From a virus (lineage: Duplodnaviria; Caudoviricetes), in the IMG/VR virus record IMGVR_UViG_3300028891_000010, positions 1-63,046 of that record: a stretch of 63,046 bases of DNA; one strand, 5' to 3'. A program made the position numbers and the translations under genes. The notes below the pieces were generated by a model. It saw nothing but the letters and a program-made list of their open reading frames with translations, had not been told where the DNA came from and did no database searches. Shown here piece after piece: positions 28,706 through 39,443 of this stretch (positions are counted from its first letter, which is position 1; each line of letters starts with the position of its first letter).

Positions 28706-31450
28706 TTAAAAAGTTAAATTTTCTCTTACTATCCTATACGTGTGCCTTGCTTTATACTGATTATAATAATTTATATTAGCTCTTATTACGCTAGGATCAA
28801 TAGTAATTCCTGTCATGCTTGGAAGAGTGGAGAGATGAATAGTGGTAGTTTTTTCTACAACATTGTAAGTTATTTCATATACTTTTAAATTAGAGCTTTC
28901 TGAGCTTGGAAGATTAGTATTTGTAATAGATATTAAGTCTCCTAAATTAATATTAGTATGGAGACCGTCTAAAACTAGAGTTCCTCCATATATAGGTTTG
29001 TAATACTCTGCTAACTTAGCAGCTATTATTTTCATTATTGATGTATCATCTACTTTCTGTTCCTGACTTTCTATCTTTTGAGCTTCAGGCATATGAAAAG
29101 TATAAGTACCTCCTGGATAGTTTGTATCAATATAAACTACCAGAGGCTTAGTCATATCTTTATAGGCGTAGTATATAAGCCAATACTCGTCTAGCTGATC
29201 TGATATACAGTTTCCGTTCCAATAACCAAATCTATCTCGATATGCCAACCACTTACCAAACACTAAAGTTCTACTGCTAGCGTAGACTAATCTACCCTCA
29301 ACTAGTTCAGCACCTTTCTTTTCTGGAAGTACTTGTCGGTTAGAGGTATCATAAGAAGTGTATTTATGCGTAGAATAGGAAGAACTTCCGTTTCTAAGTT
29401 GCTTCAAAATTTCATTTCTCTCTTTTACCGACACTACCAGATACACATCGTACCCCCCTATACCTCCAAACATAGAAGGGCGAGGTATAGCATACCAGCC
29501 ATTTCCTCCTTCCATATCTGAAAAAGAATCAACTATTTTAAAAGGACGATTGGGAGGACTAAATACAGCATACCTGCTAATTCCGCTAAACTTAGATACT
29601 TTTTCTTTAATTTCATAACCTCCTCCTCCAAGTACTACTATTTTAGAGCGACTAAAAGATAGATCTTGCATGGTGTTAAAAGATAATACTTTGTGAGTAC
29701 CTATCGATTCTCCTTCTGACGGTATTCTGAAAGAGTGAACAGTTCCGCTCAGTCTATCTATATGTAAATATCCGTTCTTATCAATCCAATAATAGTACTC
29801 TCCAGCTACACTACATAAGTAGTCTAAAACCATACTTAACGGTTCTGCTTGCCAGTTAACTTTAACTTTAACACCTGAAGGTAGATTATTATAAAAGTTA
29901 GTTACACCTGCTCTAATTAATATATCGTTTGCTATATACTTTATACCATGTTTAGTACTTTTATAGACTACTGGAGTATATAACTGACTAAAATAATGCT
30001 TCAAATCTCTACACTGATATACTATTTCTTGCCCATTAGGTCCCAGTCTTCTAGAAATAGAATAGACATAGCCTGCAAAAGAAGGTTGATAATCTCCATC
30101 TTGGTTAATAATATATCCATATACTTTTTCTCCTACACTTAACTTTAAAGTAGAGTCAAATTTAGCCACTTGAACTACAGTCATAGTACTTCCTGTTATA
30201 CTTAGCTCAATTGACTCTATATACAGGGCTTCTCCATTGGGATACACTCCGCTTTCAGATATAATACCTCCTCCACTACTTACTAAACTATTATAATCGC
30301 TACCAACCAAGTAAATACTATCAAAGGAAGTTACTATATCATTGTAGTGAGTGTGTGTTTTATTTAAGCCTGAGGATAGTGAGCCTTTAGTAGTACTTAC
30401 ATCACTATCACTATCTTTATCTCCTTTATCATCTCCTCCCTCTGGAGGCTCATCTGGTGGTTTTTTTCTTTCGTCTTTGTTAGAAACAAATATACCACCT
30501 CCCCCAGGCCATCCATCCTCACTAACGTAAGATATAGGGATCAAAAATACTTTAATGGTAGCGGGAAATTCTATATAATAGCAGTTATCACTTTCTTTAA
30601 CTGCTTTAGGGTGTATAGCCTCTACACTTAAAAGATTAAACTTAGTATTATATTTGTTGTTAGCAGTGTCGTATGTTTTCGTCCAGTTATATCTAAAAGC
30701 GATGTGTTTAGCATTAAATATTTGCTTGTGCTCGTTTTGACCTTTATCGTGATATGCTTTATTTAAATAGGTGGATAAATCAGTGATAACAAGAGCGTTT
30801 TCTGACTCGTATTTCATAGAAGGATCCATTATAGCTAAATTTTCACTATTCCAATCTGTGTCTCCCAATTGCCAGTTGACTATAGAATATTGATCTGGAT
30901 TTACATAATCAGAACTATCTGGATTGTAGAGAGGTTCTAACGTTTTTTTCCAATCTATTATATATTGCTGTTGTTTAATTAAATACACAGCATCTATACC
31001 TAATGAGTCTACTGAAGATCCCCATGTGTGCTTCCATATAAAACCTCTCCAGTGAGTAGCATCTACTTGTTTTATATTACCGTAATAGTAGTGGTAGGGA
31101 GTACTATCAGTCATTACTAATTTATCTCCATATTTACCACTACCTCCTTCATCATAAGGACTTACGCAATGGTATGCTCTTACTACTTCGCCAACATAGT
31201 TTTGCTCCGACTTTTTAGAATAGTGCACTTTAGAGTGATATGTTCCTTTATACAACGATCCCCATCCGCTTAATTCTTTCCAGCCTAGATATGGACTGTT
31301 AGTTTTATAGTTTTTGTCGGCATTTATACCTATAGTCTCGTAAGTAATTAAAGTACCATATAGAGGGAGCTCCTTTATTATAACTTCGTCAACTCTGAAT
31401 ATATTTTTTATTTTAGCTATTCTACCCTGTACTAAATCACTATTAATCAT
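28706..31450 (-). CDS. tail tip/hub protein
   Basis: 914 aa; hub-like FAGYV..YQCRD..YYYWIDKNGYLH, INLGDLISI; last gene of the tail block. Confidence 0.65.
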   Translation of the reverse strand: MINSDLVQGRIAKIKNIFRVDEVIIKELPLYGTLITYETIGINADKNYKTNSPYLGWKELSGWGSLYKGTYHSKVHYSKKSEQNYVGEVVRAYHCVSPYDEGGSGKYGDKLVMTDSTPYHYYYGNIKQVDATHWRGFIWKHTWGSSVDSLGIDAVYLIKQQQYIIDWKKTLEPLYNPDSSDYVNPDQYSIVNWQLGDTDWNSENLAIMDPSMKYESENALVITDLSTYLNKAYHDKGQNEHKQIFNAKHIAFRYNWTKTYDTANNKYNTKFNLLSVEAIHPKAVKESDNCYYIEFPATIKVFLIPISYVSEDGWPGGGGIFVSNKDERKKPPDEPPEGGDDKGDKDSDSDVSTTKGSLSSGLNKTHTHYNDIVTSFDSIYLVGSDYNSLVSSGGGIISESGVYPNGEALYIESIELSITGSTMTVVQVAKFDSTLKLSVGEKVYGYIINQDGDYQPSFAGYVYSISRRLGPNGQEIVYQCRDLKHYFSQLYTPVVYKSTKHGIKYIANDILIRAGVTNFYNNLPSGVKVKVNWQAEPLSMVLDYLCSVAGEYYYWIDKNGYLHIDRLSGTVHSFRIPSEGESIGTHKVLSFNTMQDLSFSRSKIVVLGGGGYEIKEKVSKFSGISRYAVFSPPNRPFKIVDSFSDMEGGNGWYAIPRPSMFGGIGGYDVYLVVSVKERNEILKQLRNGSSSYSTHKYTSYDTSNRQVLPEKKGAELVEGRLVYASSRTLVFGKWLAYRDRFGYWNGNCISDQLDEYWLIYYAYKDMTKPLVVYIDTNYPGGTYTFHMPEAQKIESQEQKVDDTSIMKIIAAKLAEYYKPIYGGTLVLDGLHTNINLGDLISITNTNLPSSESSNLKVYEITYNVVEKTTTIHLSTLPSMTGITIDPSVIRANINYYNQYKARHTYRIVRENLTF

Positions 31451-33288
31451 AAGCCCTCTATTTTATATGTTAAAGAAGATTCAAAATGAATTTGACCTTG
31501 CTTAATCTCGTTTCCATCAGAATCGAACACTCTTAATCTATAAAAATATGACTTAGATTCAGCTGGATATTTTAAAGGCATTTCGATTTCTTTACTACGC
31601 CCTACTATATCATAAACCTTGTATTTTAACGAGGTGTAAGCTGTGTAAACAGGCAACTTTAATGCGTAATAAATACGATTTGTTTCTTTTAGAGCTAATT
31701 CAGTGGGAGTAAAATCTAAATCTTCACTAATATCCCCCTCCACTCCAAATAAAAATCTCCATATTGGTATAAAAGTATCTGAACCTATATCTTCATAGCT
31801 TTTTATTAAGGTATCGTTTTCTTCTAACTCTCGAAGCTCTAATGTTAATGACTCTGTGTTAAATCCTATAGCTAATACTACTAAACCAGTGTCATAATCT
31901 AAAGAATCTCTAACTTTAAAAGTAGTAGAATCGAAACTATACTCTACTCCTCTATAATTTACTGTCCCTTCATCTATAGTAAGCTCATAAGTACTACTAT
32001 CATAAGAATAAGAAGAAAATCCTTCTATAAGACATGTAGGTTTATAAGTAGTAACTAATCCATCATCTACGTAGACTTCTACTCTATCTAAAGGTATTTC
32101 ATCATTATAGTTTAAAGTCATAGTAGAAAAATCTATAGAAGCATTTACTTCTGAAGCATAGTAAGTAATAGTTACTTCATCTGTTAATATTTTAGTACCG
32201 TAATCATCAAAATAGTACTTAATATACAGAGTATTTTCACCTTCTTTAGGAGGTAGATGTTCTATTCTTATAGTATTATGATTAACATCATATAGACCAT
32301 ACCAAGTGTTATTATCCCAAGAATAACAGTATTTTTTAACTGATAAATAAATAGTAAAAGAAAAAGCATCGTTTATATAAGTAGGATAATCACAAATATT
32401 ATATCTATATTCAAGCCTTTTGCTTACTGCTCTAAAAACACTATTTATGTCTTGAGCTTGAACTATTAGAGTATCTCCTGTTATATTAACGTCAGGAGCA
32501 GCTTCAAGTCTATTATCTCTGTATTCTCCTTCTATTTGTTTGTAAGTTAGTGTGTTTATAGTGTTAGTATCACTATCTAATAATAAAACATTATCTATTT
32601 GACATATAGGCTGATTTAACACCACTATCCATTTATCAGCAATACCAAATAAATAAGGACTTTCAAAATACACACCCCTATAAACATTAAACACTTTTAA
32701 AATTTCAAGAAAAGGAGGAAATGTTTTTTGCTTTATAGATATTTTTAAATCACTAGCGTTATTAGCTACTTCAGTTATCTTGATTTTTATTTTGTCATTA
32801 GTATAGACTAAAGAATCATCTAAAAGTAAGTAAGTATGATAGGATTTATTATTTGCGTTTATAGTTAAGCTCTTTTTAATAGTGTTGTTAAGATATATTT
32901 CTATTTTAGTCTGACCTGAATCTCCTGTATTATAAACATCAATAGTTACAGAGTCTAATAATCCAGCCACTGAAGTAGTAAAAGTAAATTCAGAAATAGT
33001 GGGAGTAGTTAGATGCAAAGGATAACTAATAAGATGGTGCAATCTTTGAGCTACTAAAAGTTTCCATTTGAATAGTAGAGATTTTTTTACTGCTTTTAAT
33101 AAATTCCAATAGAACCAAAAAGAAGATGTAATTCTTTTATATAGTATCCAATCAAAATAGAATTTAGAAGATTTAGTTTCTGCTTGTGCTTCTTCTAAAG
33201 TGAAATTTACACTATCTCCACTTGGAGGAGTATAAGATTTTAATCCAAAATTCGCATTGTTTCCAGAAGGTGGACTATATAATGGCAT
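31447..33288 (-). CDS. tail/structural protein
   Basis: 613 aa, beta-rich, N-terminal YxPPSG repeat, in the tail block. Confidence 0.55.
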   Translation of the reverse strand: MPLYSPPSGNNANFGLKSYTPPSGDSVNFTLEEAQAETKSSKFYFDWILYKRITSSFWFYWNLLKAVKKSLLFKWKLLVAQRLHHLISYPLHLTTPTISEFTFTTSVAGLLDSVTIDVYNTGDSGQTKIEIYLNNTIKKSLTINANNKSYHTYLLLDDSLVYTNDKIKIKITEVANNASDLKISIKQKTFPPFLEILKVFNVYRGVYFESPYLFGIADKWIVVLNQPICQIDNVLLLDSDTNTINTLTYKQIEGEYRDNRLEAAPDVNITGDTLIVQAQDINSVFRAVSKRLEYRYNICDYPTYINDAFSFTIYLSVKKYCYSWDNNTWYGLYDVNHNTIRIEHLPPKEGENTLYIKYYFDDYGTKILTDEVTITYYASEVNASIDFSTMTLNYNDEIPLDRVEVYVDDGLVTTYKPTCLIEGFSSYSYDSSTYELTIDEGTVNYRGVEYSFDSTTFKVRDSLDYDTGLVVLAIGFNTESLTLELRELEENDTLIKSYEDIGSDTFIPIWRFLFGVEGDISEDLDFTPTELALKETNRIYYALKLPVYTAYTSLKYKVYDIVGRSKEIEMPLKYPAESKSYFYRLRVFDSDGNEIKQGQIHFESSLTYKIEGL

Positions 33289-33290
33289 TT

Positions 33291-34460
33291 TTAACTACTT
33301 CCTTCTACTGGAGTTATATCCCATTTACTTTCTGCGTTATATTTTTGTCCTGTATCTGGGTCTGTATATTCTACTACTACATGATATTTTTTATTTGGGT
33401 CTAAATCTGTAATTTCATAATTTCCATTAGTGTCAGTAGTAGTATCTCCAGCATAGGAATTATCATCTTGACAAATACACCTAACTTTAGCTCCTTGAAC
33501 AGGATTTCCGTTTAAAGTAACTTGTCCTGATATGTAATAAGGTATTGTTTCCTCGTTCCCCACGCTCGAAGAGGGTTCAGGATCTGTGTATTTTCTAACT
33601 CTAATATTGTCATAGTATAGATTTCCAGCGTCTCCAGTTTCTTCATTCCAAATACGAGGAATTATAATGTAAACAGAGTTTCCTATTTCAGTTATAGACC
33701 AAGAACCTACTTGAGATTCATCTTGATAAAAAGAAAAACCACTTCCCTCTCTGATAATTTTAAAATTATACCAAGTATTTTCAGTCCAACTTCCTGTGTT
33801 AGCTAAATTAGACCAACTTCCACCTGTTCTCTTAAAACACCCAAAATACTTGTTACCGTTAAAGAAAGGAAAAAATCCATTTCCATCAGACTGATTACTG
33901 TCCATAATTCCTAAACCTAAATTATAATTACTTCCTACGTCTGATTTTCCTTTATACTCAAGTATAAAATCACCTGAAATACTATCCTGAGACTGACAAG
34001 TTTTACAAGGAGAGCCTTCTTCGTGCAGATAAAGCTTGTTATCTACTGTAATTTCTATAGTGTCGCTCGCAGAACCTGAGGATATATACCATTTACTTAG
34101 GTCTCCACTAAAGTCATCAAAAAATTCGAAGGTATTCACTCCATCACTTGCATCCGAAGCTGAAGAATTACCATAATACATGTAAATAGTCTTAGTAGAA
34201 GAAGCTAGAATAGAAGGAACTTTTACCCAAATAACAGCTTCCTGATTAGCAGAATCCCATTTTTCTATCCAATGATATAGTAAAGTAGAACCATCATCAT
34301 CAGTAAAACGAATATCACTACCATCATTATTAGCTTTAGAGAAATCAAAATTAGTGTTGTCTAAAGTAATTTTAACTTGATAATCGGTTAAATTATTAGA
34401 ATTAGAAGTATTATCTATTGTTATTTCTCTTCTATAAGACCAACTAGTTAACCAAGCCAT
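33291..34460 (-). CDS. DUF2341 plus ConA-like and Ig-like virion protein
   Basis: WSYRREITI..DYQVKI..DGSDIRFT..WIE.W..IWVKVP..YMYYGN; C-terminal ISGQV..PVQGAKV..TDTNGNY. Confidence 0.8.
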   Translation of the reverse strand: MAWLTSWSYRREITIDNTSNSNNLTDYQVKITLDNTNFDFSKANNDGSDIRFTDDDGSTLLYHWIEKWDSANQEAVIWVKVPSILASSTKTIYMYYGNSSASDASDGVNTFEFFDDFSGDLSKWYISSGSASDTIEITVDNKLYLHEEGSPCKTCQSQDSISGDFILEYKGKSDVGSNYNLGLGIMDSNQSDGNGFFPFFNGNKYFGCFKRTGGSWSNLANTGSWTENTWYNFKIIREGSGFSFYQDESQVGSWSITEIGNSVYIIIPRIWNEETGDAGNLYYDNIRVRKYTDPEPSSSVGNEETIPYYISGQVTLNGNPVQGAKVRCICQDDNSYAGDTTTDTNGNYEITDLDPNKKYHVVVEYTDPDTGQKYNAESKWDITPVEGSS

Positions 34461-34483
34461 CTTTTATCTACTCCTTTTATTTA

Positions 34484-34978
34484 TTATACCTCATCGTACT
34501 GATAATAAACAGTAAAATCTTCATAAGCTCCTTGTTCTGCTGCACTGTCTATTTCTAATTGAAATACTATGTAAGAAGTTTTATCACCTACATTATTTAA
34601 CTCTCCTGCTACAGATAACTTATTACTTTCAGTATAGTTAGAAAAATCATCTCTAGTACCCACAGTAGATTTAGTATTTACAGGCGTTTGATAAGAGTTC
34701 ACTGCGTCTTTATTAACTGTTATTTTCATACCAGAAGGAACGTTACCATCACACCATATCTTAAAGTTTTTACAGTATTGAGAGGGAGCTACATCACATC
34801 TAAAAAATAACCACACTTCATAAGAATAATTAGTTCCAGACTCAGGTATCTTTAGAGGCCAATCATCAGGAGTTTCTACATTGCTATCAATAGGTAAAAA
34901 ATAAAATTCATTCTTAGCTACTACAGTAGAAGAATATCCTAAACCTGATTGTTGACATGCACTAATTACTGCAGACAT
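34484..34978 (-). CDS. putative virion structural protein
   Basis: NYSYEVWL..VFQLEI..YQYDE; in the tail block. Confidence 0.55.
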   Translation of the reverse strand: MSAVISACQQSGLGYSSTVVAKNEFYFLPIDSNVETPDDWPLKIPESGTNYSYEVWLFFRCDVAPSQYCKNFKIWCDGNVPSGMKITVNKDAVNSYQTPVNTKSTVGTRDDFSNYTESNKLSVAGELNNVGDKTSYIVFQLEIDSAAEQGAYEDFTVYYQYDEV

Positions 34979-35286
34979 TTAGTTACCCTCCTGTATATTT
35001 GATATAGTCCCTTTACAAATTCAACAGCCTTTTCTTCACTATTAAATAAAGTATCTGTTTCTTTATGGTAAAAATATTGTTTGTCTTTATATCTAATGCA
35101 GTGTAATACAATATGAAAACTACTATTAAGTACGCCTATATGGCGTCTAAAAAAGACTAAATTTTCTTTGTTGTTTATTTTAAATAATGTAACGCCCTTA
35201 TAATTAACTTCAAAAGGAGCATCTATTTTCATAATTTCATCTATATCGTAAATTTTATCTTGTTTTATTATTCTTAATTTATTCAT
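34966..35286 (-). CDS. hypothetical protein
   Basis: ATG 35286 overlaps the upstream stop. Confidence 0.5.
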   Translation of the reverse strand: MNKLRIIKQDKIYDIDEIMKIDAPFEVNYKGVTLFKINNKENLVFFRRHIGVLNSSFHIVLHCIRYKDKQYFYHKETDTLFNSEEKAVEFVKGLYQIYRRVTKCLQ

Positions 35287-35672
35287 AAGCTCTTTACAAA
35301 AGTTATAGTTATATGGTTCCATCTACTACTTGTTTTACTACTTTTAATATCTAATATATAGCAGTCTGAGATGGTAAAAACACCTTCTATAACCAAATCA
35401 CCTTTTTTATTAGCTAGGTTATTAATTAAATTCACTATATACTGCTCTACCTCCAGCCTGTTATTTTTAACTACAAAAGTATCCACTGTTACAGTTAAAG
35501 ATCCACCTCCTAATTCGGAGGTATTCCATATTTTAATACCTTTAGCTCTTGGTATAATCCTGGTATGTACATTTCCTGAATAATCTACGTTAACCCACTC
35601 TGTTACTCCTAATTCGTATTCAGTGCTATTAACTACAAACTTAACTCTTTTATAATTACCAGGTACACTCAT
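35283..35672 (-). CDS. distal-tail-like protein
   Basis: 129 aa, tube-like beta pattern, directly after the tape measure. Confidence 0.5.
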   Translation of the reverse strand: MSVPGNYKRVKFVVNSTEYELGVTEWVNVDYSGNVHTRIIPRAKGIKIWNTSELGGGSLTVTVDTFVVKNNRLEVEQYIVNLINNLANKKGDLVIEGVFTISDCYILDIKSSKTSSRWNHITITFVKSL

Positions 35673-35674
35673 AA

Positions 35675-37933
35675 CTACCTTGCACTTTTAGATTCTGATG
35701 CTTCTAATTGTTTTTTTGTTTTCAGTACTGTATTTGTAATCCACTGAAGTCTTCTTTCTATACTTTGTAATAGTTCTACTGTATCATAGCTGTACCCTTC
35801 AAACCTTTCAGCTATACTGGCAGCAGCATCTCTAACTTGTTTCTGCGCCTCAGGTACCTTAGCAAACTCTATTTCAAAATAAGGTCCGAAAGGTACTAAT
35901 TGAGGGGCTAGTCCATATCGTCTTGATAATTGTACAGCCTGTTCATACCTTTGACGGTATTTTTCAGGTATATTCTCAAACTGACCTCGTAAAGCATATG
36001 CAGCGTAGCGCCGAAGAGTTTTATGATACTCCCAATGTGGAAGTTTTCGTTCTAACTCTGGTATAGGAGTCATTAATAATCCACGTATATAAGATCGAGG
36101 GCCTGGCAAGATAGCTCTAGATATAGCACCTAGTATTCCTGGTTGCCTTCTTGCTACTTCTGATCCCGTTGCAAATATTATTTCCCAAAAAGCAGTTCCT
36201 ATTTCACGAGCAGCTTTAGCTAAATGCTCTTTAATAAGATTTATAACAGGCTGCATTCTTTGAGCCAGTCTTTCTCGTATAGGAATCAGTCTTTTTTCTC
36301 TCTGTTCTTTGGATTCACCTTTAGCTATTGAGTCTAAATATTCAGTAATCAGTTTTCCCACATCTTCAAGCACGGGTCCAAAGGCATTTTCTACTCGTAC
36401 TCGTAATTCCTCTAAGGATTCATTTAGTTCTTCATTGCTAGTAATCCATTTAGATGTAGGATCTATTACTTTTTCACGTATTAGTTTATTTATAGGTCCT
36501 AAAACTGAAACTCCAAATGTGTTAGCTATTGAATCTCCTAACTTTCCTATAGCATTAGTTAAAGCTTCTGTCTGTGCCTCCCAAGTTTGCATGAGTTTTT
36601 CTACCATCTCTTTAGACTTACCCATGGATTCCTTAACTTGGCTCAAAATATCTTGAAAAGTCTCGAATTGAGCAGTAAGAGTGCCTAGTCCTCCAGCTCC
36701 CCTGATATTAGCAATATCTCTGTAAAGCAACATTAGCTCTTCTCTAGATGCTTTACCTGATTTCACTAAATCTAAAAAAGCTTTAACTATTTCAGAAGGA
36801 TATTTTATTCTACCACCAGCTCTTACAAAGTATCTGAATGTTTCTTCTGCAAATTCCTTTTCTGATTCGATCATATCTTTCAACTGAGCTTTTCTCTCTT
36901 GTATTTCAGCAAGTCTTTCTTTATCTCTTCTTTTTCTAGCAACGCTTTCTAAATCATATAACTTACTTAATTCTTTCTTATAATCCATTATACGTCTCGA
37001 AGCAGCTTTAAGTTCTTCTGCATATCGTCTTGATTTACCTGTTGCTTCATAAACTTCTACTCCATACTCAGTTAATAAACCTATAGTTGCTGAAGCAGGA
37101 GCCATAATTTCCAACAAAGCGCGTTTTAACCATCTTGCACCTTTATTACCCTTTACAGCTACAGATGTCATAGTCATTATAGATCCTATATACTCTCTTG
37201 CTACCTTCATACCTTTACCATATGCCATAGCCATAGCATAACCCACGTTACTTACTCCCTGCACTAAATCCTTTAAAGTACCAGTAGTTGAAGCAACACC
37301 TACTATGACTGCATCTGTAAATTCTTCCCACTGATCTTGAGAAATTCCAAAAGTACGAGCTAGACGTAGTATGTCTAAAGCCATGCTAGATACGTCTTCT
37401 CCTGTAATGGCATGAGCTCTAGATAATAACTCTAAGAACCGTTTGTATTCTTTAGTTTTTAAACCACTTTTAGCTAAATCTACTGAAAGTTTTCCTATTT
37501 GTCTGGCATTTAGCATTATAGCGTTTCCTGTGTAATAAGCTTGTTTTTTTAATTCCTGATAAGTTTTAGTAAAGTCTTCACCTCCCCTAGTCATTATAAC
37601 AGCTGATCTGGCTAAGTTTAGTCCCACCTTTTGTGCTTCTTCTATAGTTTTCTTAATCTCTTGTAGTCCACTACGAAACAAGTTAACTATACCATAAGCT
37701 ATAGTTCTAAATACAGCAGATTTTAAAGTTTGACCAAAGTGTCTTAAAGTCTTTTCTAACTTAGTTAATTTTCCGTAGAACCACCCCACAGCAAAAGCCA
37801 TTCCTCTAAAAGCTGCACTATGTTTTTTAAGATCTTTAATAGCAGTTTCTATCTCTTTAAGTCTTTTTTTAGCTTCTTCTGCTCTAACTCTAACTAATAA
37901 TTCTATTTCTGCTCCTAGAACTTTTTTGTGCAT
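35675..37933 (-). CDS. tape measure protein
   Basis: 752 aa helical, TP901-type core (LAKSG..AITGED..GNKGA); follows the chaperones. Confidence 0.85.
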   Translation of the reverse strand: MHKKVLGAEIELLVRVRAEEAKKRLKEIETAIKDLKKHSAAFRGMAFAVGWFYGKLTKLEKTLRHFGQTLKSAVFRTIAYGIVNLFRSGLQEIKKTIEEAQKVGLNLARSAVIMTRGGEDFTKTYQELKKQAYYTGNAIMLNARQIGKLSVDLAKSGLKTKEYKRFLELLSRAHAITGEDVSSMALDILRLARTFGISQDQWEEFTDAVIVGVASTTGTLKDLVQGVSNVGYAMAMAYGKGMKVAREYIGSIMTMTSVAVKGNKGARWLKRALLEIMAPASATIGLLTEYGVEVYEATGKSRRYAEELKAASRRIMDYKKELSKLYDLESVARKRRDKERLAEIQERKAQLKDMIESEKEFAEETFRYFVRAGGRIKYPSEIVKAFLDLVKSGKASREELMLLYRDIANIRGAGGLGTLTAQFETFQDILSQVKESMGKSKEMVEKLMQTWEAQTEALTNAIGKLGDSIANTFGVSVLGPINKLIREKVIDPTSKWITSNEELNESLEELRVRVENAFGPVLEDVGKLITEYLDSIAKGESKEQREKRLIPIRERLAQRMQPVINLIKEHLAKAAREIGTAFWEIIFATGSEVARRQPGILGAISRAILPGPRSYIRGLLMTPIPELERKLPHWEYHKTLRRYAAYALRGQFENIPEKYRQRYEQAVQLSRRYGLAPQLVPFGPYFEIEFAKVPEAQKQVRDAAASIAERFEGYSYDTVELLQSIERRLQWITNTVLKTKKQLEASESKSAR

Positions 37934-38256
37934 TACTTTATCCTCTTTATATCAGTTTTCAAAACTTTAGCTAATTTTTCTAAATTTTTTATCTCGTCTT
38001 CTTTATGATCTTTTTCTACTTTAAAGGGGTCTTTAAGATTAGGAGATATCTTACCTGAAAAACCCTTGGCTACGTTTAACTGTTGCAATTGATCTTCTAG
38101 ATTCCGTCTAAATCTTATTGTTTTTAAGAGATTGATTACGACATTCTGAGGCAGATTTAAGATATACTCCATACTCCAGCCATATTCTTTAGCTAGAGTA
38201 TCTACTACCATGTAAATATAAGCATCCGTATATCGTAAAAGTAATTCTTTTAACAT
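37933..38256 (-). CDS. tail assembly chaperone (second)
   Basis: LAKEYGWSMEYILNLP; between tail tube and tape measure. Confidence 0.7.
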   Translation of the reverse strand: MLKELLLRYTDAYIYMVVDTLAKEYGWSMEYILNLPQNVVINLLKTIRFRRNLEDQLQQLNVAKGFSGKISPNLKDPFKVEKDHKEDEIKNLEKLAKVLKTDIKRIK

Positions 38257-38558
38257 TATGCATTAGTTATAGTTTTAACTAACTCACTAAAAGGATCTAC
38301 TAAAGCAAAGGTTAATATTTTACGCATAGACTGAGCATCTATTAAATTATCCACATCTTCTCTTTTAAAAGAAGGCTCTGATCTGGATATAATATAGTAA
38401 ACTAGATCTCCTTGAATTTTAAAATAGTCTATGTTAGTGCTTTCTTCGGAAGGAAAAAACTTTAAACACTCGCGTCTTTCTTTAAGGGTGAGAGATCTAA
38501 TAGTAATTTTAGATCCATTAACTAAAGTTACAGTAAGCTTTTCAGGTTCTATGTTCAT
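38256..38558 (-). CDS. tail assembly chaperone (first)
   Basis: KITIRSLTLKE; SD GGAGGTG; synteny. Confidence 0.65.
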   Translation of the reverse strand: MNIEPEKLTVTLVNGSKITIRSLTLKERRECLKFFPSEESTNIDYFKIQGDLVYYIISRSEPSFKREDVDNLIDAQSMRKILTFALVDPFSELVKTITNA

Positions 38559-38590
38559 TTTCACCTCCCTCTACCTTATCAAAAATTAGA

Positions 38591-38965
38591 TTATGAACTG
38601 TAAGCTTTTCTTAACTCTAATCTATAAGTTACAAATCCATCTTGAGTAGAAGCTATTTCCCAAGAAATGGCTTTACAATTCTTTAAAGTCAATCCTGAAA
38701 TACCTCTTTCAGGATCAGCTGCAGAAGCTAACAAAGTAACATCTACATAGTTGTTAGTTAGTATAGTGTCAGGATCTAATCCTTTGCTCCACTCTGCGTA
38801 TTCTACGGTAATAGTAATAGCCCTGTTGCCTATTTCAATAGCCAAAGGATCCATATAACCTCCACCGTAAAAGTCAACAGCACCACCATCATATCTAACT
38901 GTAATTCCAGAACATTTGGCAATTATGTCACTTCCTATTTGGATACGACCTACTGAGAATTTCAT
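38591..38965 (-). CDS. tail tube protein
   Basis: 124 aa beta-rich, strong SD, late motif upstream, synteny. Confidence 0.6.
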   Translation of the reverse strand: MKFSVGRIQIGSDIIAKCSGITVRYDGGAVDFYGGGYMDPLAIEIGNRAITITVEYAEWSKGLDPDTILTNNYVDVTLLASAADPERGISGLTLKNCKAISWEIASTQDGFVTYRLELRKAYSS

Positions 38966-39003
38966 CTAATTCACCTCCTTTTAGACAGTATAAGCTCCTC
39001 CTA

Positions 39004-39013
39004 TATTGAAAAC
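39004..39013 (-). promoter_or_regulatory. late-gene motif GTTTTCAATA upstream of tail tube
   Basis: tattgaaaac on the + strand. Confidence 0.7.
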
Positions 39014-39014
39014 T

Positions 39015-39443
39015 TTAGGAGCTTTCAGTAATTACAAACCTAAAAACTATAGCAAGCTCATAATAATGTATATTGCTATAATAAGTAAAGTCAGTGTCTA
39101 GTTTTTGTACCCAATACACACTATTGCTAGCATTATCTAAAGTACTTCCTTTAAGATCTAATAGTTCTAGAACCCTATTAGCAATCTGATGTAATGTTTT
39201 AATAGGATTACTTACTGTATCTTTAACTAAAATATAAATCGTAAATTTACCATCCGATGTTTTAGCTTCCTGATCAAACGGTACTGTTTCACCTCTTTCA
39301 TAGGACACGTTTATTTGTTTGGAATAAGTATCATCAAAATTAAAAGTGGTAAACACAGGGCAGTCACTAGAGCTAGAAGCTTCTAGTAAGGATTGTATTT
39401 CTGAATCGTTTCTTAATATTGCTATTATTAAATCTGTTATCAT
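39015..39443 (-). CDS. tail terminator/completion protein
   Basis: Size and synteny. Confidence 0.6.
   Translation of the reverse strand: MITDLIIAILRNDSEIQSLLEASSSSDCPVFTTFNFDDTYSKQINVSYERGETVPFDQEAKTSDGKFTIYILVKDTVSNPIKTLHQIANRVLELLDLKGSTLDNASNSVYWVQKLDTDFTYYSNIHYYELAIVFRFVITESS

Noticed and set aside
37933-38558. Programmed frameshift between the tail chaperones
   Set aside because: No clear slippery heptamer seen; the genes are coupled by a TAATG overlap.
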